DNA of 64,000 nt from Guillardia theta CCMP2712 (GCF_000315625.1 NW_005434547.1:91239-155238), one strand, 5' to 3'. Positions 24,181-38,029 are shown, numbered from the stretch's first letter. The notes: generated by a model from the letters alone, not told the origin. Made by a program: numbers and translations.

Positions 24181-26340
24181 GAGTACGGTGCTCAGCCGAT
24201 CTTCAACTCAGTTAACTTACCGTACGCTGAGTATCAGGGGTCCGACTCGAGCCAAACGGGCCGTCAGTGAACGGCGGGCGGCCCGCCAGCGGCCGGGCCG
24301 TTAGTGCAAGTTGCGTTAATTTTTTCGCCGAGCCGGCGGAGATCGGACAGCGGCCGACACTGTCACTGAAACTTGAAACTCGGCCCGTCAGCCGCGCCCG
24401 GCCCTCGGCGACGACCGTACTCGGACCGTCGGACGCCCGGCGCCGGCCGCCCGGCAGGCTGGCGCAGGCCACGAGCACTCACAGACGGCCCGGCGGCGAA
24501 CGGTCCGATCAGCCCGCGCGGAGCGGCCGCTCCCGGGCTCCCGCCGGGCACCGGCCCGGGCCCAGCCAACGGGCCGTACGGTCCGATCCGATCGTCGGAC
24601 GGTGCAGTGCCGTGGGCCGGGCTCCCGCCGGCCGGGCCGCCGGGCTCCTAGGGCCGCCCGGCCGGCGGCCCCCGGCGGCGGCCCGGGCGGCCCCTCACTG
24701 CGGCGGCCGTTGCCAGTGCCCGGCGGGCCTTGAAACTTCCAAGTTCCCGGACGCCGGGGCCGGGGCCCGGCCGCCGGCCCTGAGGCCGCTCCCGGAGTCC
24801 TCAGTGGCAATGATCATCGATTGTGGCTCGGACGCGGCCACAAAAGCCGAGTCGGATCTCAGTACGGTCACCGGCGGTGCCAGGACTCAGGCTCATTGTT
24901 GCTACATTCGGACTCCGGGGGCGGCCTTCCGAAGTTCATTTTTCCGAACTTGGAAGTTAGTGCCGCTTCCGAATCGGAACTTCACGTGACAGGCTGGGCC
25001 GCGCCGGGCGGAACCGTCGGCCGCGTGGCGACTGCGGCCTCCGCAGACTCGGAGCGGCCCGCGCACTGCGGCCGCTGAGTGACTTGCCGGACTCCGGGGA
25101 GTCAGCCCTGCCAGGCTGAGACTCAGAGTCGTAGTCTCAGTGAGTCCGATCGGGGCGAGTCACCGGGCACTGCGGCGCGCGGCGCCGGCGCGGCGCCGCC
25201 GCGCGCCGCACTGGCAGCTCCGACTCGCGGCGCCGCTTCCGAAGTTCCCGGGTCCGAGTTTGGGCTCGGAGCCTGAGTGGCACGGGCGCCGCGGGGCGCC
25301 GCAGTGTGCCTGGCATCCGACGATGATCGACTCACTGTCGGGGTCACTTGCGGTCCGATCAGACCGTCGGTCACTGACTCGGAGTCGACGGTGCCGCCCG
25401 GCTGCCGCAGTGCCCCGCACCGTCACTGTGACTGCGCCGCCGGCCGCCCCGGAGACGGTCAGACACTGCGGCAGCCTGGTCACTGCGGGCGCCGCGCCGC
25501 TGGCCGCCGCTGAGCCGACGGTGACTCAGTGCCATACCGTAGTACAGCCAGCCCAGGAGTCAGTGAGTGCTCAGCCGACAGCGTTCAGCAGGCTCCTCAG
25601 GGCCGGGGCCCCGCCCGGGCCTCACTGTCAGTCACAGGCTCAGTCCCTCAGGCGCCGGGCCTGAGTCTTGGCCGCTGGCGCGGCCCCCGTAAGTTCAGTC
25701 ACGGTCATCCCGGGCCCGTCAGGCCGCCCGGCCGCTGACGGGGCCCCCGGCGGCGGCCAGGCTGCATATGATGGCCGTGGGTTCGGGGGCCGCTGCACGC
25801 CGGGTCGGTAATTGAATGTGTCCGACGGTACCGGGCCCGGCGGCCGCCGGGCGGCCGGGTCACCGGGTCCCGGGTCGGCGCGGCAGTGTACGGTCGGCAC
25901 TGGTCCGATCAGGGTGGCCGCCGCCGTGACTCAGCCGGTACTGACCGTAGTGCCGCCGGGTCACCCGGGGCCCGGGCCCGGTGTCGGCCGCACTCAGCCT
26001 GGCAGTGGAGTCGGCACTCAGTGACTGGTGTCGGCACAGCAGAGCTGTGTCGGCCAAGACCCCAGACTGGGCCCGGGGCGGCCCTCGGCCGGGCCGGGCC
26101 AGGGCCCGACGGTGTAACGGCGCCGGAGTCGGACGGTCACGCCACGGCGGGGCCCGGCGGGGCCGCCTAACTTAGTAACTTAGTAAGCCCGGACTCGGGA
26201 ACTCCGACTCCGGCGGCCGCCCGTGGCAGCCCGGCCCGCCGGCTCAGGCCCGTCCTACTGACCGACAGTGAAGCGTGGCACTGCGGCATCTCAGTGACGG
26301 TCCGGTCGGCGGCGAATTTGGCCAAGTTGAACCGTAAACT
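24181..26340. other. largest GC-rich palindromic-word island (non-coding)
   Basis: Very high GC. Composed of CCGG/GGCC, GACTC/GAGTC, GTCAC/GTGAC, TCAGT/ACTGA and CCGATCGG words. All six-frame ORFs are P/A/R/G-rich artefacts. Confidence 0.8.
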
Positions 26341-26558
26341 GAGGATGAGGCTGAACCCGAGCTAAAAGAAATGATTATTGTCTGAGATAAGTTAAACAGA
26401 CCTTGTTGTGAGTGCACAGCTTATAGCACTAGTTTTAAAGATATTGACTAAATATTTTGGTACAAAGATTGGTACAAGGAACACATTTCAGGACGGTACA
26501 AATCATGATGAGTGTTTTCCAAAACTGGTACAAATCAGTACTGGATTATTCTTTATAA

Positions 26559-26924
26559 TCAAGTTGTATGTGACTTAGCCTTCCTGCTCTTCCTGCTCTT
26601 CCTGCTCTTGACCTCCTCTTCGGGAGTCCTTCTAGATTTTGGTAAGTCAGTATTGGTGACAAGGTCTCCAAACAAACTCTTCAAATCTTTCCATGCCATT
26701 GGGAGTATCAATTCGCCGTCCTCGTCGACAGCCCTGGGGTTCACTTTGAGTAACAGACGCACGATCCTATTGATCTTGCATCGGTAAACTTTCTTTGTAC
26801 TATCAGCGATGACTTTGTTCTCTATCAGGTCAAATGCCCTTTCTTGTCGTCGTTGTCGCTCCTGCAACATGGCATCATTTGCTCTGCTGGATTGCATTTT
26901 TCGGGCAGTTCTGGTTCGATACAA
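26559..26924 (-). pseudogene. possible N-terminal fragment of a tyrosine-recombinase (Crypton-like) protein
   Basis: IADSTKKVYRCKINRIVRLL resembles the A.ST...Y helix of YR core-binding domains. The ORF ends in a 9-bp tandem (KSR)x3 and no catalytic R-H-R-Y domain is seen. Confidence 0.3.
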
Positions 26925-27344
26925 AAATGTTTACTCAATGTCACCATGAGTCAGCATTATTGCGTGGTGCTACCTTGGAGTGCGCTTTGCACAATTATTT
27001 TGACAAAATAACGTTGTGAATGCAGTACCACCCACTCCTGCCCATCCAATGGGCTGGATAGTACCGGTACATTGCAGGTTGCACTGTCAATCATTAAAAT
27101 TTTGCAACTTTTTTGTCAGTGCACCATACATACTTTTAAAATTTCGAAATCTATCTGTTTTAGTGCGCCGAAAAAATTGATTACTTATTTCATATGAAGG
27201 TAAAACTATATATGAACACATATATAGTTTTTGCAGAATATAGATACAATACTTAGGTCGCTTCTCCATCTGATCGTACATTTTTTCCCTATATCAATTT
27301 TATATTCTTAGTTGTAAAATAACAACTCCTCTTTTTTTCTCCTC

Positions 27345-28160
27345 GTGCACCCCCCACCCCCCACCCTCTACCCACCCTATGATTCACAAGTACCCCGAAT
27401 ACAGATGTTTCCACTACCCCTTTTGGCCAACCGCTCTTCTTTGACCCCACCCCACCCTCTTCTTAATCTGTACGGACCACCCACGGCATATCACCTTGTT
27501 AAGTAATCGTAAGCATCGTTGTTGGATATGGCTGACACTAGGACAAGGTCATACCCATGACAAAGAATACATAAAGTACCCACCCCCTGAAATCCCTTCA
27601 CGAAATCCACCACCCACCCCTGTTACCGTCACCCACCACGTCGACCAGTCTACAGCGGGACAACCAATTTCTTTTCCACAAACCTGCATGTGCACATGAA
27701 CCCTAGGTTTCCCCACGACAGTACCCTACCCATTGACGATGGACCCCCTGTCCTGGTTTACACCCCGTTGCCAATTTGTGTACCCTTTGTTTTCTCAATA
27801 TTATACGTCCAATACCACCCGTACTGAGTACCCCCTACCCCTAATTTCAATCTTTTCTGCACTTAATCCCCACCCAACTAGTGTTTCCTGAGCTATTCCG
27901 GACACCCCCTCCTCCATACGGTACCTGGGCCCTGTTCCACCCCCTTCAGAAAATTTTAGAAGGACCCTACCCATCTTAAAGATCAGCTTTACTTTGAGGA
28001 TCACATACCACCGGTCACAGAAATACGATAGTACCCCCCATGCTCCCATCCTGTCCCAGAATCATATAACCCCTACCCTGAATCTTACCGAAATGTAAGA
28101 CTCCACCGGTACTGTAAATACCCCAACCCCCCCTAATTCCCACAGGATACCCCACCCCCC
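27345..28160 (+). promoter_or_regulatory. dense (T/C)ACCC(C) motif cluster upstream of CPS
   Basis: Dozens of ACCC/ACCCC words in otherwise non-repetitive spacer directly 5' of the CPS ATG. The regulatory role is inferred. Confidence 0.45.
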
Positions 28161-28307
28161 TTGCGTGCTCCCCTGGACCGCAAGCAGCCTCCATCTCGCA
28201 ACCCGTGAGCACCGTTGCACCGCGAGTCGTCTCCTGTCCGCTTCCTCTGTCGCCCTCCTTCTCTGAGGTAGGACTCGAGATCTAAGGGCGGAACGCGGCT
28301 GCTCAGG

Positions 28308-31300
28308 ATGTTGAACGCCGTGCCCACTTCGTTGAGAGGGCTCGGCCGCACCGCCTCACGTTCACTTCTCCCCTTTGCTAGAGTCGCAGCTCCCTCTGCG
28401 GCAAAGCAGGAGCGGGTGAAGAGCTGCCATTCTATCTTCGGCGTGCAAGCGAGAAGCTTCTCTGATGTGCAGAGATCCTCAGGTCACTTGGGCCCCATCG
28501 ACCTTGGAGGAGGCTTGGGTGGAACTTCAGGAGTGTCGAAGAGGACCGACAGGAAATGTACGCTGGTGCTCGAGGACGGGTCTGTGTTTTCAGGGCAGAG
28601 CTTCGGAGCCGAAGTTTCTGTTGCAGGGGAGGTCGTCTTTAACACTGGTATGGTTGGATACGTCGAGAACTTCACGGACCCCTCTTATCGGGGCCAGATC
28701 CTCGTCAACACCTACCCCCTGTTGGGTAACTACGGCGTGCAGCACTCGCCGCCCGATGAGCTTGGTCTCCCCTCGGGCATGGAGAGTGATCGTGTGCAGG
28801 TCACAGCTGTGATCTGCCAGGACTACTGCCACCTCCCCTCTCACTGGAACGCCGACAAGACTCTATCTCAATGGCTCAAGGAGCACAACGTACCTGGTAT
28901 GTACGGAGTTGACACCCGTGCGCTCACCAAGAAGCTGCGCATGCACGGGAGCATGAAGGGAAAGATCGTGATGGAGGAAGATGTCCCTCTCAGCGATCCC
29001 AACATGCTCAACCTCGTTGCTCACGTCTCCACCAAGGTTCCCATGACCTTTGGCTCCGGCGACGTGCACATCCTGGCGATCGACTGCGGCATCAAGTACA
29101 ACATCATCCGATCTCTCTGCGCTGCCGGAGTGCGCATGACTGTCGTTCCCTGGAACTGGGACATCAAGAAGGAGAGGTTCGACGGGTTGTTCATCTCCAA
29201 CGGCCCCGGCGACCCCGCCATGTGCGAGGAGACCGTTGCCAACCTGAGGTGGGCGCTGGAGCAGGACATTCCCATCTTCGGCATCTGCTTGGGAAACCAG
29301 CTCCTTGCTCGTGCTGCTGGATGCAAGGTTAGTCCCTGCTCGTGACCGCCAGGTAGGCCGCTGATCGACTTGAGCAGACTTATAAGCTCAAGTTCGGAAA
29401 TCGTGGCCACAACCAGCCAGTCAAGGACATGCTTACAGACAAGGTAGGCAAGCAAGCTCTGTGCTGAGATTGTCGCTAGACGCTGACGGGTGCTCTTTGT
29501 CAAGGTTTACATCACTCCTCAGAACCACGGGTATGCTGTTGACCACACAGACCTTCCTCCCGAGTGGAAGCCCTACTTTGTGAACATCAATGACGTCACC
29601 AACGAAGGTCTCGTGCATGTTTCAAAGCCATTTTTCTCTGTTCAGTTTCACCCCGAGGCTAGTGGAGGACCGGAAGACACTGGTTTCTTGTTCCAGCGCT
29701 TCATCGACAAGGCAAGGGAGTACAAGAGGTTCGGAAAGGCGGACTCAGTCTATCAGACCGGCCCGTACTTCCGCAACAAGAAGGTGCTTGTCCTGGGATC
29801 TGGTGGACTTCAGATCGGTCAGGCTGGAGAGTTCGATTATTCCGGCTCGCAGGCTATCAAGGCCCTCAAGGAGGAGGGATGCGAGACTATCCTTGTCAAC
29901 CCCAACATCGCTACCGTGCAGACTGCGGAGGGGGTCGCCTCCAAGGTTTACTTCCTGCCCGTGACCACCTCCTTCATCGAGCAGATCATCGAGAAGGAGC
30001 GCCCCGATGGGATCTGCTTGCAGTTCGGAGGACAGACCGCCCTCAACTGCGGCGTCGAGCTCTGGAAGCAAGGAGTGCTTGAGAAGTACGGGGTCAGAGT
30101 TCTTGGAACCCCCGTGGAGACAATCATTGCTGCCGAAGATCGCGACATCTTCAAGGAGAAGCTGGAGGAGATTGGGGAGAAGCTCGCTCCTTCCATTGCT
30201 TGCAATACCCTCGAGGAGTCCCTCGAGGCTGCCAAGAACATCGGCTACCCTGTCATAGTGCGCGCTGCCTTCGCCCTCGGCGGCCTCGGGTCCGGGTTTG
30301 CGGACAACGAAGACCAGCTGACGAGACTTGTGGAGGTTTCTCTTTCTTCCAGCCCGCAGGTGCTTGTGGAGAAGTCGATCAAGGGATGGAGAGAGGCTGA
30401 GTACGAGGTCGTGCGCGACGCCTACGACAACTGCGTCACCGTCTGCAATATGGAGAACTTTGACCCTATGGGGATCCACACGGGAGAGAGCATCGTCATC
30501 GCTCCCTCGCAGACTCTGTCCAACGACGAGTACCACATGCTGAGAACGGCTGCTGTGAAGGTGATCAGGCACCTTGGCATCATCGGCGAGTGCAACATCC
30601 AGTATGCCCTGGACAAGGACTCAGAGGACTACTGCATCATCGAGGTTAACCCTCGCCTTTCCCGCTCATCCGCTCTTGCCTCCAAGGCTACTGGGTACCC
30701 TCTTGCTGCTGTGGCTGCCAAGCTTGCTCTTGGTGAGTTGTGGACAGACTGTTTGGATGAGTTCTTGTTCGTGTACGAGTTCTTGTTCTTGTTCTTGTTC
30801 GTGTTGGTGCTCTTGTTTCTCGATTGCTGGACAGGCAGTGTCGTGATTGACGTATCTAAAAACAACTCTCCATGTTACTTTTTGTTTCCTCTCCCCCCTG
30901 AGAATTGTTTTGCAGGTATCGAGCTTGAGAAAATCCCTAACGCAGTGACGAAAGTCACCACTGCAGCTTTCGAGCCCTCACTCGATTACTGTGTCGTCAA
31001 GTACCCACGATGGGATCTCTCCAAGTTCGATCGCGTCGAGAAGCAGATTGGAACCCAGATGCGATCGGTTGGAGAGGTGAGATTTCTCCTGCCTCCTCCT
31101 CATGCCTCCTCTTCCTCCTTCTCCTGCTCCTGCTCCTCCTGCTCCTCCTCCTTCTCTTCGTGCTCCTCCTTTCCTGGTAGTGATCTCACCATCCCCTCCT
31201 GCAGGTCATGTCTATTGCCCGTGACTTCACCGAGGGCATCCAGAAGGCCATGAGGATGGTCAACTCCTCCTGGAAGGGCTTTGAGCCCCTTACCAAGTTC

Positions 31301-34300
31301 ACGGACGAGGAGCGAGACGAGGAGCTTGCCCGTCCCACTCCCAACAGAATCTACGCCATCGCCGACGCCTTCTACAACGCTGGGTACTCGGTCGACCGCA
31401 TCCACGAGATCACCAAGATTGACCGATGGTTCTTGAGCAAGCTCGAGTACCTCGCTGTCCTCTCCAACGATCTCTGCAACTACAACAAGGAGACGGTTCC
31501 CAAGAACATGGTGCTCCTGGCCAAGAAGGCTGGCTTCTCCGACTGGCAGATCAGCAAGAGGATCGGCTGCTCTGAGGCTGAGGCCCGCAAGCTGAGAATC
31601 GGGATGGGCATCACTCCAGTTGTCAAACAGATTGACACCCTTGCGGCCGAGTTCCCAGCTCAGACCAACTATCTCTACATGACCTACAACGGAGCTGAGA
31701 GTGACGTTACCTTCGACGACCATGGCATCATGGTTGTGGGTTGCGGGACTTACAGGATTGGAAGCAGCGTCGAGTTTGACTACGGCTCCGTGCTGTGCCT
31801 GCGCACTTTGATTGCTGAGGGCAAGAAGACCGTCATGATCAACTGCAACCCGGAGACTGTGTCGACTGACTTCGATGAGAGCCACAGGTGAACATGAAGA
31901 GGAAGAAGGGGGAGGGGGAGGGGGAGGGAGGGGAAGTCTGGGGGATAGAGTGAGAAAGGTTGAGGTCAAGGGGCTTGTTGTGATCTAGTTTTCCCGTGTT
32001 GCTGTACTCCTCCTCTTCTTCTTCTTTCTCCTTAGCCTTCTTCACCTGTCGATCTTCCCTCCCCAGCTCTAACTCACACACGCAGGCTCTACTTCGAGGA
32101 GCTGAGCTTGGAGAGAGTCCTCGACATCTACGAGGTCGAGGGCTGCACCGGAGCTGTCGTGTCCTTCGGAGGACAGATCCCCAACAATCTTGCCCTCCCG
32201 CTCAAGGCCAACGGGGCCAACGTGCTGGGAACTACCCCCGAGATGATCGACGGGGCTGAGGACAGGCAGAAACATTCCGCAATGCTCGACGAGCTTAAGA
32301 TCGACCAGCCTGCCTGGTCGGAGCTCAAGACCTTTGAGGAGGCTCAAGGGTTCTGCAACAAGGTGAGGAGAGGGAGGGAGGAAAATGGGGAAGGTGAGGA
32401 TGGAAAGATGTAAAGGAGAAACGCGATGAATGAAAGTGAAGAGGAGGAAGAGTAGGAGGAAGAGTGATGGTATTGGGAGGAGGGTGGTTAACGCGTCTTC
32501 AGGTTGGATATCCCGTGCTAGTCCGCCCGTCCTACGTGCTGAGTGGAGCAGCGATGAATGTCGTCCGCTCCGAGGCAGAGCTCAAGAAGTTCCTTGACAT
32601 GGCAGTTGAAGTGTCCGAAGGTGTGAGGAGGGGGAACAAGTAGTGGGAGAAGGGTGGGGGACGAGGAGGAGAACGAAGGAGAGGGGGGAAGGGGGAGACT
32701 TCAAGGGAGGAGGACGGGGATCAGGACCGGGCTGATCACACAGCAGATGCCCCTGTGGTGATCACCAAGTTCATCGAGGGAGCTGAGGAGGTGGACATCG
32801 ACGCTGTTGCTGACAAGGGAAAAGTCATCGCGTATGCGATCGCTGAGCACATCGAGCAGGTGAGCCTGCTCAATCCTCACCTGCTCTTCTTCTGCTCCCC
32901 TTCTGCTTCTTTCCGCAGCTTCCTTCTTCTCTCCTCGATGCTTTGCTCATGCTGGCCATTTCCTTTCATCCTCAATTGCCACTCCTACTCTCCTCCCCCT
33001 TTCTCCACCAATTCCACCACCTGCATTCCTCATTGTTCTCAGTTCTCTCTCCGTCCTTGCTTCCTCTTCCTCTTCCTCTTTCTTCTCACGTCTCTTGACT
33101 CAGGGTGGCGTCCACTCTGGAGACGCTTCTCTCGTCCTTCCGGCCCGCGACATGCCCAAGGATGTCTTCCTCCGTCTCCGCGACATCGTCTTTAAGGTCG
33201 CCGAGAGGCTCGAGATCACTGGACCTCTCAACATGCAGGTGACGTTTTCTACCTCCTTTCCCCTTCTCTTCCTCCTCTTCTCCTCTTCCACCCACTTTTC
33301 ATCTTCCTCCTCCTCCTCCTCCTCCTCCTCCTCCTCCTCCTCCTCCTTGCTTCCTTCTGTTCCTAACTCCTGGTGTAGGTTTTGTGGTGCCCCGACGGGT
33401 CTTTGAAGGTCATTGAGACCAACGTCAGAGCGTCTCGTTCCCTTCCCTTCTCTAGCAAGGTGACGAGCGAGACAGTCGCACGACTTTGCTTTCTGCTCCA
33501 TTCTCGTCATGGATGCCACAAACGCCCTTCATCTTCTTGCTGTCCTGCTTACTCCTCCTCCCCTTGCTCCTTCTCCTGACTCCCTTGTCCGACTCTCCTC
33601 ACGCTGCTCTTACTCCTCCTCCTCCCCTTGCTCCTTCTCCTGTCTCCCTTGTCCTACTCTGCTTCACCCTCACGCTGTTCCAGGTGCTTCAGGTCGACAT
33701 GACTTCCCTCGCTACTCGCGCCATCATCGGTCACTCGCCGGCCAACGCGCTCGAGGTGATGAGAATGTCTCAACCTGTTACCATCAGAGCATGTCGGAGA
33801 TGTCAAACCTGATCAGAGATGAATTGTGCTGATACATCCGATCTGAACAATCCAACGCTGAGACAAGCTCGTTCTATCCTCTCCTTTCTCTCTTTCCCTG
33901 TATCCCTCGCTCTTGCTTTGCGTCTCTCCTTCTCATAATGACCTACTTGGCTGCAGATTTGCGACAAGCAGCAGGAGCTGCCTTACGTGGGCGTCAAAGT
34001 CCCTCAGTTCTCCTTCAAGCGCCTGCCAGGAGCTGACCCAACTCTCGGCGTTGAGATGTCTTCAACTGGTACCTCTTCATTCCTCCTCTCCTCCACTTCC
34101 GTTGCTCTCCTCTCCGCTCCTCTCCTCTCCCCTTTCCCCCTCTCCTTCCTCTCCTCTCCTCACGTGTTGTTTGCTTTCTCCCCTCCCTCGACTGACGTAC
34201 TGCAGGTGAGGTCGCTTGCTTCCATCAGAACAAGCACGGCGCCTACCTCAGAGCGTTGCAGTCTACTTACATGAAGGTAACTATCTGCTCCTCTTCTGCT

Positions 34301-35483
34301 CTTCCTCATCTTCCTCGTCCTTCTCTTCTTGCTCCTCCTCCACCTCCTTCTTCCCCTCTTGCTTCTTCCTCCTCCTCCAATTTCTCTGAGCCTCCTGTGC
34401 TACTTTCCTTCCTCTCTTCGCTCGTCCTTCGCTCACTACCTCGCTTTAGATCGCCGCCCCTGGCGAAGGCGTCTACGTGGTTCTGCCCGAGGACAGGCAG
34501 GGCGAGGGGCGCAAGGCGAAGGCGGTGGAGGCAGTCAAGAGCTGGCAGAAGCTGGGCTACGACATGTACTGCGGGGAGAGAGACATGGCGATCCTTGAGA
34601 AGGCGGGAGTGAAGGTGAGACACGGAGAGGGAGTGGAAAGGGGAAGTAGGAGCAAGGGGGAGAGGAGAGAAGAGCGAAGGAGAGGAGAGGAGAGTGAAGG
34701 AGCGGAGAGGAGACAGCATAGGGGAGAGGGTGGAAGGTGACGGGGGTGCAGGGCTTCACAAAGCTGGAGCATGCGATGAAAGAAGGAGAGAATCGCCTCA
34801 AGAGTCCAGCAGTGAAAAGCATCAAGGAAGGCAAGATCAAGCTTGTGCTGGAGATGAGGTGAAGTTTTCTCTGTCCTGTCCGCCGTCTTCTCACTCCCCT
34901 CGTTCTCCAGCCACAGCAAGGCTGAGCTCTTCTACGTCCTCCGTCGCTCCGCCGTAGACTTCTCCTGCTCCTTGATCACCAACGTTGAGCAGGTAAATCT
35001 TCATCCTCCTCTTCCTCCTTCCCTCCCTCCTCCCTTCATTCTGCTTCCTCTATCCACTCTCGCTTCCCCTTTCCTTCCTGCTAGTTATCGTCATCTCACC
35101 AGCCCCCCTCGTATTTTCCTTCCTCCTTCCTCTGTCACTCCTCCCGTCCTTGCAGCAAGATCTCCATCTGATCGGTTGCTGACATTGTTGGTTGACTTGC
35201 AGAGTTTGCTCATGGCACAAGCTTTGGAGATGCACGGCTCTGATGAGGGAGTCGTACCAAGGTGAGAAGGAGGAGATGGGAAGAGGAGGGAAGGAGAGAT
35301 TGAGAGGAGGGAGAGGAGGAGGAGGAGGAGGTGGAGGAGGAGGAGGTTGTGATGTGAAAGGAGGAAGAGGGTGTACGGAGAGGATGTTGAAGTTAGCTGA
35401 CCAAATTGTGCAGGGGAAAGTTCAAGGAGGGGGACATAGCAGAGGTTGAGACCTACGCTGAGTTCATGGAGATGAAGGAGTGA
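28308..35483 (+). CDS. fused glutamine-dependent carbamoyl-phosphate synthetase (small+large subunit+MGS domain) with mitochondrial-type presequence, multi-exon
   Basis: [30 protein letters not shown] (catalytic Cys), [79 protein letters not shown]. Stop at 35481-35483 with no DHOase/ATCase following. Confidence 0.95.
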
Positions 35484-35599
35484 AGAGGAAGGAGAGAAGT
35501 CTTAAGATGTAGATGAGGATAAGGATGAAGATGGTAAATTCATGAAAGACTGGACATATTCTTCCTTGTCTCGTGCTTTTAGCGTCTTGGTCTATCCGT

Positions 35600-37934
35600 C
35601 TACTGCAAGAAACAGTCAAGAGCATTTGAGGAGGAGGTGAGATCATGAAGTTGCAAAGGAGAGAAAGGAAGAGATCAATGAGGGGGAGGGAGGGAGGGAG
35701 GGAGGGAGGGAGGGATTTAAGAGGAAGAGGACGACGAGGACGTAACGAGTACCACTGAGGTGGATTGAGGAAATTTCCATCCGAATTGTCGGTATATGGG
35801 CCGAAGATCTTCGAGACTACAAGAGGAGAATCAAGGAGGGCAGGGGAGGGCAGGGGAGGGCAAGGGAGGGCAGGGGGAAGGGATGAGAAGAGGAGGTAGG
35901 GGAAGCAGGAGGAAAGGAGGGGAGGGATAGTAGAGGGAAGGAGGGAGAGAACGAGACAGTACCAGAGAGGCTCAACGAACGTTCGGATGCGCTTCCTGAT
36001 CCACCACTCGCCTGCGCAAGAATCACGGGAGAGCCAGGAGGGAGGAGGGGAACGGAGCGAGGCAGGCAGGGAGGCAGGAAGGCAGGGAGGCAGGGAGGCA
36101 GGAAGGCAGGGCAGGGAGGAGAAACCTCGAGCAGCAGCGTCGGAGCCAGGAGGAGCATACTCGTAAAGATACAAGGAAGCGCGGACAAACTGAAAGATGT
36201 TGATAAGAAATGGAGGAAGGGAGGGAGGAGGGAGGAGGGAGGGAACTAACGATGAGATTGGAGGTAGAGGGGAAAGGAGAAAAGGAAAACTGTGAGTGTG
36301 AATAGGAAGAAGGAAGGTTATAAGGTAGGGTGACAATGGCACAGGAGGAAAGCAGGGAAGAAACGGAAGGGGGAAGGACGAGGAGGAAGAGGAGGAAGAG
36401 GAGGAAGAGGAGAACGGCCGGGGGGGCGGGGGGGAACGAGGAGGAGCGACAGGGAGGAAAGATCAGGATAGGACCTTCGGGGGATTTGCGTCTTGGAACG
36501 GATTGTGTCGTATGAGAGCTGAATAAAGCGAAGGTGAGGTAAACAGAGAAAACGAGGAGGACAAGACAGAAATACAGGAGAGGAGAGGAGAGGAGAGGGG
36601 AGGAGAGGAGAGGAGAGGGGAGGAGAAGAGAGGAGAGGAGAGGAGAGGAGAGGAGAGGAGAGGAGAGGAGAGGAGAGGAGAGGAGAGGAGAGGAGAGGAG
36701 AGGAGAGGAGAGGAGAGGAGAGGAGAGGAGAGGAGAGGAGAGGAGAGGAGAGGAGAGGAGAGGAGAGTATAACAACGGGATTGAGGGAGAGGAGGGAAGA
36801 GGAGGTGAGAAGGAGAGAGGGGAGAGGGAAGAGGAAAGGAAGAAACAAGGAATTGCAGATGCTGTTACACTCACGCAGAACGTTCTTGTCGTTGTCCAGG
36901 AATTTTCCTATGAGATGATAAAGCCTTGCAGACATCTCAGAGACGGCAAAGCAGGAGATCAAGGCAGGAGGAGGAAAGGAGGGAAAGTCAAAAGCCAAAG
37001 GGTGGGATGTAGGAAATTTGAAGGTGAGCAGCAAAGGAAGAAGTTGTTGTCGTTGGAGAGGACGAGGGGTAACAAGAAGAGGGAGAGGAAGGATGGCGCA
37101 GGATGAAGAAGAAAAAGAAGGAGGGAGAAAGCATTCGAGAGCAAGCAGAAGCAAAGGAAAGGGGGGGGGGGGCGGAGGAGGCGAGGAGAAAAGAAAAGGA
37201 CGAGAGGAAGAGGAGGACGACGAGGACGAGGACGAGGACGAGGACAAGCACAAGGACAAGCACAAGGACAAGATCAAGGAAGAGGAGGAGGGGGAGGAGG
37301 AGGAGGATGGGGGTGGGAGGATCAAAAGATTACCATGGGTTTCGTCTTGGGTCCGAGAACGGAAGAAACCACATGAGCCAATCCAGCCTGAGTGAGAAGC
37401 AAATAAGAATGGAGGAGAGGAGAACAAGTAGATGAGAGAAGATGAGATCAGAAAGATGAGATCAGACAAGACAAGACAAGACCAGACAAGACAAGAGGTG
37501 AGAGCAGATGGCAAGAGGGAGATAATGGAGTAGGAGAAAGGAGAGGAGCACAAGGAAAAGAAAAATAGAAGAGAGGAGACGAGAGGGGAGAGAGGAGGCA
37601 ACATAACAAGAACAAGCATGATGACCTGTAGTGATATGGAGAGATCCACTGCAAAAGAAAATCAGAGCAAGAAATGAGGAGAAAGAGAGGAAGAAAGAAA
37701 GCAATTGAGAAGATGAAGAACGTGGTGTGAGCAGCAGCAACATCAGAGCCGAAATGGGAAAGGAGGATGTCGAACAGAAGGAGATTGGCGGAGAGGAGGA
37801 GGAGGAGGAGGAGAGAAATGTACTGGAGGTCTGCGGGAGGTTTCGCTAGGCTTGACTTTGAAGAGATACTCCTTCCACTCCACTTTCTCCTCATCCTCCT
37901 CGTCTAGATCGGCATAGGTTCCCTGATGCACGAT

Positions 37935-38029
<95 letters not shown>

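Noticed and set aside
24212-26175. Many overlapping P/A/R/G-rich ORFs (also 45844-46550, 48347-49723, 55922-56374)
   Set aside because: Stop-poor GC-rich island sequence opens frames on both strands. No domain motifs or codon bias.
29745-31969. Antisense ORFs opposite CPS (and 53858..54604 opposite DnaJ)
   Set aside because: Shadow ORFs caused by GC3-biased codon usage on the sense strand.
28308-35483. CAD/URA2 multifunctional enzyme
   Set aside because: Frame ends after the MGS domain and LMF follows on the opposite strand. No DHOase or ATCase motifs.
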